A stretch of DNA of 63,825 nucleotides, counting the filler, from Platydemus manokwari (lineage: Eukaryota): the NCBI GenBank assembly GCA_037951405.1. It is 6 parts of 6 records of this genome, joined end to end, with 100 filler letters (N's around TTAATTAATTAA, not from the genome) between each part and the next. Parts side by side here need not be neighbours in the genome. Positions count along the whole stretch, not along the records: positions 32,231 to 44,667 come from JBBMOY010136677.1; positions 44,768 to 54,425 come from JBBMOY011221320.1; 4 more parts are not named here. One strand, 5' to 3'. The notes under the pieces were generated by a model. It was not told the DNA's origin and made no database searches. It saw only the letters and a list, made by a program, of their open reading frames with translations. How positions within the stretch are numbered: the stretch's first letter is position 1; the number at the start of each line of letters is the position of its first letter. The position numbers and the translations under genes were made by a program. Shown one piece after another: positions 38,875 to 49,948 of this stretch.

Positions 38875-40675
38875 TTATTTTTTGGTTTTTAATTTTCTCG
38901 TCTCGTGATTTGTGGATTTGACGTGTTGAAACAATTTATTACGAGACAAAAATTCAGCCCCACATCGATCACATATCAATGAATTAGAACCAGTCTCCTC
39001 CATTACTTCCAACTGTTCCGTTGTATTTTTTTCCGTCTTTGGTTTTCGTCTTCTCTTTTTTTCTTTTTTAACATTTTCAGTAACAACATTTGGAACTGGT
39101 TTCTCAGTCATCTAAACGCCAATTAAAGCCAAACAAGAATTGCTGATGCCATTACCTCATCATCAGAATTATTGGAAGATAAATCAATATTTTGAACAAC
39201 TTCCGGAACATCGGTTTGCTAAAGGGTAAATCAATATTTTTAATGAGACAAAAGCATTTTAGAACTAACAGGTAAATCAATATTTTGAACAACTTCTGGA
39301 CCTTCGGTTTGCTAAGGAATAAATCAATATTATCAATGAAATGTAAATATTTTCAAACTAACAGGTGCTGGATCGAAAGACTCTTTTTCATTTTCAGTTT
39401 TGACATCTTTTTCTGGTGATTCATCACTTATTAAATCTAGGAAATACTCTTTATTTTCATTGAACATTTGTTTGCGAAGTGCTGCAAGATTTTTGTTGTG
39501 GTTTTTCGATTTCTCGTGATTATTGAATGCTGCTAGCGATTTGAAATATTTATTACAAGCAACACAATAAAAATCTTCTGCGTCTGAGTCAGAATCAATA
39601 CCAGTCTAATTCATTTAATAACCAATAATACTCTTACAAAAAATTTAATAAACCAACTTTACCATGTTCTACTTCAAGAGCATTTAATCTATCCTCTAAT
39701 TCTTCAACAGATACATTTGAGTAATTATAAATTGAATTCTGAATATTATTTTGCCTAGTCCTTTCCCATGCTTTTTGTGCCATTTGGGCAGCTTTCCTTT
39801 CATTGTCTTTGGCTTTCATATTCAACTGATTCTTCCATACTTTAATCCGTGGATCACAGCATTTTAATGATAATATTAATGTTTGGATGGCTTTGTTATA
39901 TTGCTTCTTAGCTGAATTTCGCTCTTCTGCGTTTTCTTTTTCCATGGCACGACGAATCTGTAAATTGGTGATGAAAAATGAATGTAAATTAACAAAATTG
40001 CTAATATATATAAAAACCGTACATCTCTTGGAATTGATAAACTTATTTCATGTTTGTTTTTCCAGTGAAATGACATTTTTGTACTAAAACTTTCCCAGAA
40101 AGAATAAAACGGACCAACAACTTCTTTATACTGACTTAAACTATTTCCAAAATTTGGAATTTCTTCTACAGGATCACCACGAATCCTGCATGCTTCATGT
40201 TCTCTTTCAATTAGTATACTAATGATTCTTTCATGAACGGCATAAAAGCCCTAGAATCCAAGTTAATTTAAAAAAATATATGCGACCTATTACATTGTCA
40301 TCATCATTAAATCCTTGGTAAATAATATTATCAATCAGAGAATACAACTCATCTTCTGAGTTAAAATTCATAGATAAGAAACGTTCTCTATTTTTATCAT
40401 ACCATGTTCGTTCTTGAGGATTTGAGAGAACCCTAAGACAATTTAAAATAGATAGACCATATTAAACATACTTATATGCTCTTTGTATCTCTTGAAATAT
40501 TTCTGTTGCTTCACCAATATTGTCAGGATTCTTATCAGGATGCCATTTTAAAGATAGCTTATAATATGCTTTTTTAATAATATCAGGAGTTGCCAATTTA
40601 TCAATAGCTATATAATGTCTAAATTATTTTTTTTGAAATATTAAAATAACCTAAAACATCGTAATAACATTTCAT
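38875..40675 (-). CDS. DNAJC21: DnaJ homolog subfamily C member 21 (Jjj1), multi-exon
   Basis: MKCYYDVL...KKAYYKLSLKWHPDKNPDN J-domain, LSNPQERTWYD, FYSFWESFST, RRAMEKEN. Two C2H2 fingers: FYCVACNKYFKS...NHEKSKNH and LICDRCGAEFLSRNKLFQHVKSTNH. Short GT-AG introns. Confidence 0.93.
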
Positions 40676-42104
40676 TATATACAATATTAATTGGAAGATA
40701 ACGTCTAAATATCTGTGAGATTTATGATGTGAAAATAATGTGTTAAATATTAAAACAAACTTAACAGTTAATATTAATAACCATTAAAAATCAGAAATAC
40801 AAAAATTAACAAAATTTCTTGTTTTTACAAATTTCAAAAGTTTAAATTTTTGATAACCAATATCTATATTATTTTAATTAATTAGAGAGTAAAATTAATT
40901 TAATAAAAATATTTACATAAAGATTAGAGAAATGCAATACCAATTTATATAATAGTGAATTTCCAGTGAAAATTGATAGAGCATACAGATACTTAGGATT
41001 TAAGATCGTTACATATAAAAAAATCAAAAATATTACAGATCTCATGAAAATTATAAAATAAATTTTGTTGTTCTGAAGTGAGTCGTAAGTACTTTTCCTA
41101 TTTCATTAAACTTATGAGATATGAACATGGACTAAACACCACCAAATAGTTAAAATTCAAACAACAAAAAATCATAAATAGCCACTAAATAAAAATATTA
41201 AAATTCAAACAATGAAAAGTTATAAAGAAAAATTATATTCGAATTATTATACCATTACCAATTCTAAAATTTAAAGTAAATCCAATAAGCCAATTGTACA
41301 CAAGCATCCAAATCAATCCACTTCGCATAGTCAAAGTCAAACAACGGCAAATCAATATTGAGATTTTTATTTAAATTGCACAAACAAGAAGCTATTATAA
41401 AATTGTTCTACACAAAACCTGTCCGTTTACTGTTCAACCTAAGTATTAAACCGTTTAAAGTATTATTTTAAAAATAAGTAAAAGAAATTAAAATCAACCT
41501 CACATTTCTTCCTAGAAAATCGTAGTTGTTTGAATCACTCTGAATTATCTATTTGAATCAAGTAACAGACAATCTAAAATAACATTTGATAATATAAATT
41601 TTGAAATTGTGATAAACCTGAAAAACTTATTATCGTAATTAAATGAATTTCTAATTTTGGAAATTTAAAAAGATTCACACTGTGATCTGATGAGCTTCTG
41701 TGAATGTGTTGATGACGGAATTTTTATCACTAGACAAATTAAATGAAGAAATTAGCGAATTATTTTTTCAGATTCCTGATAAAACAAAAGAAAATAATAA
41801 TAAAGACAACAAAGGATTGAAAAGAATGAAAGTTTTGAACAACCAGAAAGATTATTTTTTTGAAATATTTTTCATTAAAACAAATACTTGGAATTTTAGA
41901 AAGTTATAACTGATGCTGTGTAAATAAGATGTCTTAAAAATTAAAACATTATTAAAATTCAAGAAAACATTGATAAACTTGATCCATTACGTAAATCGAT
42001 AATTTCCATGATTTAAAGTGAATTTTATAAAGTAATTAAACATGGTATTGATATATTACATTTATTTCAAAAAAAGATTTGTAGGATAATATATTGGCTG
42101 ATGA

Positions 42105-42815
42105 AGAAATAATTAAAATCAAAGATATTAATACAGATTTACGAGAAGAAATATTAAAAATAAAGGCCAATAATATAGAAATAGAGAACAAACGGCAAGA
42201 AGGTAAGAAAGAACTTATTAGAGAGTTGAAGGAGAAATATTGTAAAGAGTTAAAGAAAATTAAAGTTTAACAGGAAGTTAAAGAATGTAGAGTTTGTGAT
42301 GAAATTGTAAACGTTCTCCGTGTTATTTAGTTTTTATTAAAATAATGTAGGAAGTACAAACAAGTCTTTATCCTCTTCGAATGAAAATTCATTGAACGAA
42401 ATCTAAAGCAAGAATGTTTATATTGTTTATGTATTAAAAACATAAGTGAGTTTTATAAAAATAGAAATCAATGTAACACATGTGTCAATAAAAAACAAGT
42501 TGAATACTAAAACCAAAGATATAAAACAGATTCACAGTACAAATTTAGAAAAATATCTCTAATAATATAAGAAGTTCTTTGAAAGGAACAAAATCTACCA
42601 GAAGAATATCTTGGCAAACCTATTTAGTCATTCAATTTAAAGATGGAATGCCATGGGGAAATAAAGGATAATTTTGGCATCTGGATCATGCAATTCCTGT
42701 GTCTTAATTTTGACATTCATAATGAGAAAGATATATACAAATGTAATATCTGGATAAATTTTCGTCCCTTGGAGACCAATGAGAATTTCAGAAAAGTGAT
42801 ATAGTCGATTAAAAA
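42105..42815 (+). pseudogene. Relic of a large-DNA-virus/phage-type HNH (EndoVII-like) endonuclease gene
   Basis: CxxC pairs, RYKTDSQYKFRK, then FKDGMPWGNKG*FWHLDHAIPVS/NFDIHNEKDIYKCNIWINFRPLETNENFRK. This matches the W-x-N-x-G..WHIDH.IP...FD......C....N.QPL...EN..K pattern recalled from NCLDV and phage proteins. Stops and frameshifts present. Confidence 0.7.
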
Positions 42816-43549
42816 AATTTTCAGATGATTAACGTTGAATTATTTACATTAGTTAACCATATTATAACAGAACGAAGTTCCTTCTATTATTTATTTTTTC
42901 ATTTGATTTATTCATTTTATTTTTTATCCATTTAAAAATAAAATTGAAGATTTCTATAATGAGCTACATAATATTTATCTGTTTGATCACCAATTAATAA
43001 CTCAAATTAACTGATCTTTTCCTTTCTTACTTACTGCCTGCTCATACATTTATTTTCGTAATATTTATTTTTATATTATTTAATTCATATTTATTCCATC
43101 CCATACGTTTAAGTTTTAATAAATCATCTAATTTTCAATTTAAATAGCCAATAGCTTCTAATAATCTGTCTTTGTCAATTGGTTCTTCTTCAACATTTAA
43201 TACTTCATTTGAAAATAAATTAATTGCAACATATTCTTCTACATTTTTCTCGCCTTTGATAACCTTTTATCTAATTATATTTTTTAGAAGAACAATAAAA
43301 ACTATTTGATATTTAATAGCTAAATATTTCATTAATAATGCACTAATACTATTAGATTCTTCCATAATTTGTGAAATTATATTTTTAGTTCAATTTTAGG
43401 AAATCAATTATATTTACGTTTACATTTATGAATGGAGTACTGAGTAGAAGCAAGTTTTCCTTCAAACACTAGCTGTGTCTTCCATTTATTTAATAAGAAT
43501 TATTTGGTGAGTTCCTTTATAAAAATAGTCAATCAGATCAATTTTTAGC

Positions 43550-44520
43550 GCAATAATGAAACCCCTCCACCAAGTTTCACAACTAATTCAGACTCAAATT
43601 AGAGTGATTATTCAAGTAGATTTGCTAGTTGCCTTTTGATCAATATTAAAAAGATCCAATAAATTTCGTCGACTTTATGACAAACTACTTTATTTATGCA
43701 GCTACTTATTGATGAACAAAGATCACAGTGATCCAACAACTGCCTCGCTATCTAAAGGGCAAATTGAGAGAAGCTTAAAATGGAAGGGAGAAAAATAATT
43801 CAGTGGATAATCATGAAACGTGCTCTATCGGGAAAATTGATCAATGGGGACGTTGATTGCATCGTTTGGAAAAATTCTACTAAGATCTCAAAAAGTCAAT
43901 GAATCATTTCAAAATTTCATTTGTTTTCTGTGAACTCCTGCAGAAAAGGAATCCAGACCAAAAGCTGAATGGTCAACCTAAACTTTGAAAATGGTCTAAG
44001 ATCAGTTTCGAAAAGAATATCAATATCAAAAGAAGATCAATTTCGAATCAATTCCACCATCACATCAGTATCGCACTCTAGCAAATTACACTGATTACGA
44101 CAAATTCGAAATTGGGATGAGAATGGAGACGAAATGTTGCTTAATAATGTGACCGACGTCTCCACTGATCAATTTTACCCACGCCAATCTTCATTTAGTA
44201 GGTCTCCAATAAAACAGAAAGTGGTCGCATATCTCAAAAGTAACATAATTTGGCTTACACTCGCAATTGAAAACCTTTAAAAATTTCGAAGCACCTCAAC
44301 TTCCTCAATTTTAAAACAACGAAATTAACCAGATTATGAAAACCGATTATGATACATATGCGGTAGATGTGGTCACATGTTTAGAGATTGCAAATCAATG
44401 ATACACTCAAAATCCTCGCAAAGAGATAAAATTTAATATTCAAGGTCACATCAAATGCTTTTCCAGTAATAATTTTGAGTATATTGCCAGATCTTGTCCA
44501 TTGGAGGTATGGAAGATTTG
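43550..44520 (+). mobile_element. Degenerate retrotransposon gag relic
   Basis: PPPSFTTNSD start, zinc knuckle YICGRCGHMFRDC (about 44352-44392), and a second eroded knuckle IARSCP. Confidence 0.55.
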
Positions 44521-47046
44521 AAAGAAAACAGGTGATGATATTAATTATAATTTATAATTTTTAGAATTATAAATAATTGTTGAACCATTGAATTACTGTT
44601 ATGAGTATTATTTGATAAATTTATATATGAAATCTAAGTGAATTGCGAAAATAAAATAGCCTCAAATNNNNNNNNNNNNNNNNNNNNNNNNNNNNNNNNN
44701 NNNNNNNNNNNTTAATTAATTAANNNNNNNNNNNNNNNNNNNNNNNNNNNNNNNNNNNNNNNNNNNNGTCCCTGTACGTCCTACTACGTTGTCCTGCATT
44801 TTGCCAAGTGACCCCGGAAATACAAGCGAGCCGACCCGTGGTATTTCTGGAGGACGTGGACTTGACAGGGATAGAGTAGGGATGGTGTTAGATGAAAATG
44901 TGACCCCCGTCTACCGTTTTATAATGAGACTGAGTGTTTTACGGTGGACCGTCACGGCAGGAAGGACACAGAGACGGTCTAAGGCAGGGTCACGGAGCTG
45001 GCCTGGTAGATGAGTAGGGATTAGTTGGCGTGAGGTGACTAGAAGAAAACATGTATCAAATACTTTAATTACCGGATTAAGCTAATCCGCGAATCAATTG
45101 CACGCACGAGATAGTTAATTATTCCGGGAAATAAACTCTGAAAATGCTCGTGTCGATCATTACGCAATCCTGACAATAAAATCTCAAAACCATTTTGAAG
45201 GTATTCACGATTGTTTATAATAATAATAGGCAAATCGGAACTTGATTTCACAATAAATTTAATGAAATAATCACTCTAATATCCCAAAATTCAAAATCTA
45301 TCAATTCCATTAAGATTCTTTGAAACAATTTCAGGTCCATTGAAAATATATGCAAAAATGAACATTCTTTTTGGAAAATAGAAAAAGTGATTTATTTCTA
45401 AATTTATTTAAATTATTTATTTTTATTTCAGGTAGGCAATCTGTGATAACTAGAATCTTTTAACTCACAAAAAAATATCAATTTTATCTGCCTCTATAAC
45501 TTTATCTTTACTTATTAAATATAGATTCTGTTTGTTTTCAATTGCCTAAATTTTAAGTTTGTTTTTATTACTTTTCATAACAAAAAATTCTTTCTAAAAT
45601 CTCTAAATTTAGCTAATAAAAACTCGATTTTTAAAGCAAACTCGAAAAAATGATCGATAAACCTTTGAATATTGACAATAATATAAGCGATGCATGCATC
45701 AAACTCTTCCCTCCCAACGACCATGTGAGTTAGATATCTGTTAGGTTATTAAACAACAATTTAGATCTGAAAATTTGTATTAACTAAATATCACACTCAG
45801 TCGCAATAATAAAAATATAATTATTTCTGATATTATTAACAAAATGATACTATTAACAATAATTTAGATGTAAAAACGCAATTAATAAAATTTTTAATAA
45901 TTTATTTTAAAACATTTATTTCTTTAACAATTTGTTTAAGTAAGGTAATTTATTTATATTTCAACATTTTTATTTTGTTATTTTTTCGTTAGAGAATTTT
46001 GTAAAAAATTTTTAATCAATTGTGATTATATATTTTTTAAGGGTTCCAAAACTTCATCATCCAGCGCTTCTCGAAATATAAGATAATTTTTTGTTATTAT
46101 TTTTTTTGTTAAATGATGCTGTTTAGCACAAACCCCACAACCGAGCGACATACGCATCCCCATGCATGCGTCGTCTCTGAAAGCCAGTACGGAACTAATC
46201 GACAACTCGAATCCTCACAAGCTACACACAACTGCCTTCACACTAAAAATCCTTGGAGCCATCAATGTAATAACGGTCAATATATTTTGTTACTACTATT
46301 TTTATCCTTTTTAATGTAATTTTATATAATTTGCTATTTGTTTAATTTTATTTTGAAAATTAATTAAATATTGTAAATAATAATAATAACAATAAAATCA
46401 ACAATATTATCTAATTATAACAATAATTTAATTTATAATACTAATATTAACAATAATATTAACGATAAACGGTAATTTTATATGCTTATTTCTTATGTTT
46501 ATCTTTATATTAGTTACTAAAAGCGCAATCATAAACACAGGGAACCTATTAATCCACAATATCAAAATACATCACATACATAAAACCAATAATAAAAATA
46601 TTAAATAGTTAAATATTAAGATTAACATTGATTAAAAATGATATTCACCTAAAAAATTGAAATAATAAATTTTCAGAATAATAGAAATTTTTCAGGAGCA
46701 ACTGACAACTCTTGAGAAATCATTAGAAAAAAACCATAAGTTATCAAAATAATTTAAATAATAGTGAAAACAATAAGTAATGACAAGAAACAGATCTAAT
46801 AACAAGAAAATATCGAAATAGTCTTTCATGATTTAGTTAAAACAAGTCTATCAAGAGTTATATCAACCAAATATACCTTTTGAGCATGTAATTAATATTG
46901 AATCCTGTACATGGAAACAAAAGCCTAAAGAGCATAAAACTTAAAATCCATTTTGTACAAGCTAATAATCGAATTAGAATGACGATTCGAAATTATATTA
47001 ATAATATTCTTGAATATCGGTTTTATACAGAAGGTTATTATTTTAA

Positions 47047-48045
47047 GTGTTAAAACAAACCAATGACAATAGCGACACGGAAAAAGAAACTCGAGGAAGA
47101 TTTGGACATTTTACATTTGTTATCAAATTAGAAAATTATGAACATGAAAAAGATATTTACCAATCAACATGGACACGCAATTGTGTTTATTTGTATGCTC
47201 AAGCAGAAAATTCCGACAAAGGTTATGTCCATTTACAATGCTTTGCACAAATGAGATACTCTATGAATTACATCAAAGCTCGAGAGTTGCTCAATGTAAC
47301 ATTCGTCAAACCGGTTCCAGGCACTGAAAAAATGCAGACTTTAGCTTATTGCCAAAAAGAAGAAAGTCGAATAAAAACATTTGAGCCCATCGTTATCGGA
47401 GTTTTAGGTAAGAAAGCTTGTTATACTTTATCTAAAATGGATTCTGCTTCTAATTGTTATGAAAAAGCTTTGTTAGCTCCAAATAAAGAATCAGCTATGC
47501 ATTGTATTCGAAGAGCTGATCCTCGCAATTATTTATTAAAACGTAAATGCATTGATGAATCTTTAAATTCTATACATGGAGAATGTACACAACACTTGTG
47601 GACAAAATTTGAGCATGAAAAAATATTTTTACATGACAATAAATGCCATGTCTTTATTGGACCATCTGGCATTGGCAAGACAAACTTTGCATTAGCACAT
47701 TTTAAATTTCCAGTGCTTGTTACAAATATTCAAACTTTTGGTAGAATTATAAACAATCCAGAGAAATGCGATGGAGTAGTTATTGACGATCTTTCTTTTA
47801 AGCATTGGGAATCAACACAATTAATTCATTTATGCGATTTATACCAAGAATGTGCAATCAATATTAAATATGGCACAGCCTACATACCACGATACATGCC
47901 ACGCATTATATGTACAAATGATTGGGATGGCATCATACCAAACATGTTACCGGAGCATTACAAAGCTGTTATGAGACGATGTGAATTTCATAGATTCATA
48001 GGACCATTGTTTAAGGTTTCATTTTTAAATATGAATTCATTTTAA
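47047..48045 (+). CDS. rep: CRESS-DNA/geminivirus-type rolling-circle Rep (HUH endonuclease + SF3 helicase), endogenous
   Basis: RCR motif I FTFVI, motif II VHLQC, motif III YCQKEE. Walker A GPSGIGKT, Walker B VVIDD, B' INIKYG, motif C IICTN, Arg finger AVMRR. Uninterrupted 332 codons starting at GTG, right after TTTTAAG. Confidence 0.92.
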   Translation: MLKQTNDNSDTEKETRGRFGHFTFVIKLENYEHEKDIYQSTWTRNCVYLYAQAENSDKGYVHLQCFAQMRYSMNYIKARELLNVTFVKPVPGTEKMQTLAYCQKEESRIKTFEPIVIGVLGKKACYTLSKMDSASNCYEKALLAPNKESAMHCIRRADPRNYLLKRKCIDESLNSIHGECTQHLWTKFEHEKIFLHDNKCHVFIGPSGIGKTNFALAHFKFPVLVTNIQTFGRIINNPEKCDGVVIDDLSFKHWESTQLIHLCDLYQECAINIKYGTAYIPRYMPRIICTNDWDGIIPNMLPEHYKAVMRRCEFHRFIGPLFKVSFLNMNSF

Positions 48046-49322
48046 CAAAAAAACGCTCATTTCATACCGGTACACCTGGTATATATATATTGATAAGACC
48101 AATTGAAATCTACAGTTGATAAATTTGAACAAATCATTTCATAGAAAATGAAAATCATTGGAATTCTGGATACTTGAAATATCTATCTATTTTTTATCAG
48201 TCGACAGTAAGCATTTCTTTATTGAAATAATTTTTAATAATCATTTTTAAAAATAATCTATAAATTTTTATTAATATTTAGAAATTAAATATTCAGTAAA
48301 TATTATGAAAACAGTTTTGTACGAATTTGTACTTGGCAAATTACGATTTTATCAATTTTATGTACAAAGTAGAAGTATCCACTGCTACCTTTGAGATAAC
48401 TATTTATTCAATAAACATTGGATTTTATGATCACTTTGACAAATTAAGATTTCAAAAACTTAACTTACCAGGGTAGCCATTGAAGTCACTTCGATGATTA
48501 CCTCAGATATCATACCTTCTCAATTTGTGGTCACTAGTCTCTTTCAAAAACTTCTACTCGTCTTCCACTCTCGAGAGAACTCGGTAAAACAATGTCAACT
48601 GCGGTAAAAACAAAGTCATTAAAAGATAAAAGCCTCGGCTCATCTTTAGGGTTTTGGATTGTGGGTGTTGAGTGAACTGCAACTTTCGGTACACTTAATC
48701 TTGTTGCATTCCTTTACCAAATAAGAACTCCAAATATAAGAAATTCGCTTTGATAATCGACGAGATACACTTGGTATTCATTAGATTGATGGGCTTGATC
48801 GAAACCAATAATCAACACTGAATCGTTTGTACATGTACAGTTCGATTGTTCAATTTGTTCGCACCTTTTTCATTAAATTCCTGAGTTCGGGATATATTTC
48901 TTCGTCCATCAGACATTTAACATGAACCAGAAAGATTATCGACTTTCCACTAGTTAACAATTTCTACTCTCATTTTGGAGTGACCTATCTTTCTCTTCCA
49001 GCGTAAATATAACTATCAATTAAATATGCATGAAATCTAGCACGAATACGACGATTAACCAAACAAGGGGACCAAATGAAAAGAAAGAGAAGATGTGAAA
49101 CAAACATGTGATACAGACAGAAGCCGGTTGCTAATGCACTTTAATGTGCAAAAATTGTATTTTAAAAACAAATAACACTCTGCAAGGCACGCCCCAAATT
49201 TAGAGAATAGAATTCACTAATAGAGAGATACCTTAGGATACCATTTCTCCAACATCGACCTAATGGCGAAGGCATAGCATTTTTTTAATATACTGCTACA
49301 ACTGATTTATTTGATATTAGAA

Positions 49323-49948
49323 CTGGAGTTCTCGACCCCGGGGTTGCGACCCCAAATGGAGTCAACAAGCATTTCTAGGGGTCGCTGAATTATTGTATGT
49401 GTATAAACCATTACATGTGAGAAATCGTGTTTTATGATGCTGTTAAATAAATAATTTGTGATGCTGTTTAAACTACTTCTGTTCACAATTACCTTGACTA
49501 CTATTTTATAGGTAATGTTATTATCTGATAATCTTTTTATTATAAGTAATTCATTACTTGTTGTAAATCAGTGAAATGTAAATCAAATGATAACTAAATA
49601 TCATTTTATTATATATAATATATACTATATATCCTTTCACTCATTTCAAAAAACCCATTGAATGACTTCAACGATCAGAAAGCTCCCACGTGCAGATGAA
49701 TTTATCAACTCTGGATTTACTTACATTATTTCGTAAGATGATTTGTAATAAACATTATCCACAACACTTCAAATTGATAAGTTTGTGAAAAGGAAACAGT
49801 ATCAACATTCTGATTAACTTGTTGTAAAATGGTTTTATTAAATATGGTGAGTTATGACTAATTATTAGTAATATTGATTTTTTTTGGAGTCACCAAGATC
49901 TTAAAAATTAGAAAATTGGTTGTCATAGAAAAAAGTTGAGAACCGCTG
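49323..49948 (+). mobile_element. hAT (Charlie/Buster-type) MITE or deletion derivative
   Basis: Ends CTGGAGTTCTCGAC ... GTTGAGAACCGCTG, subterminal GGGGTTGCGACCCC, 8-bp flanks TATTAGAA/TATCAGAG (6 of 8 match). Internal RKLPRADEFINSGFTY resembles a Buster N-terminus. Confidence 0.75.

Noticed and set aside
42939-42947. AAAATTGA mimivirus early-promoter word next to the viral relic
   Set aside because: The octamer occurs many times by chance in this AT-rich window.
46430-46520. TAATATTAAC / TATTAGTTAC as the CRESS origin nonanucleotide
   Set aside because: Not NANTATTAC, not presented in a GC stem-loop, and in low-complexity AT DNA.
46979-47047. ATG at 46979 spliced to Rep via GTTATTATTTTAAG
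   Set aside because: Would need a 14-nt intron, far shorter than the introns of 40 nt or more seen in this window.
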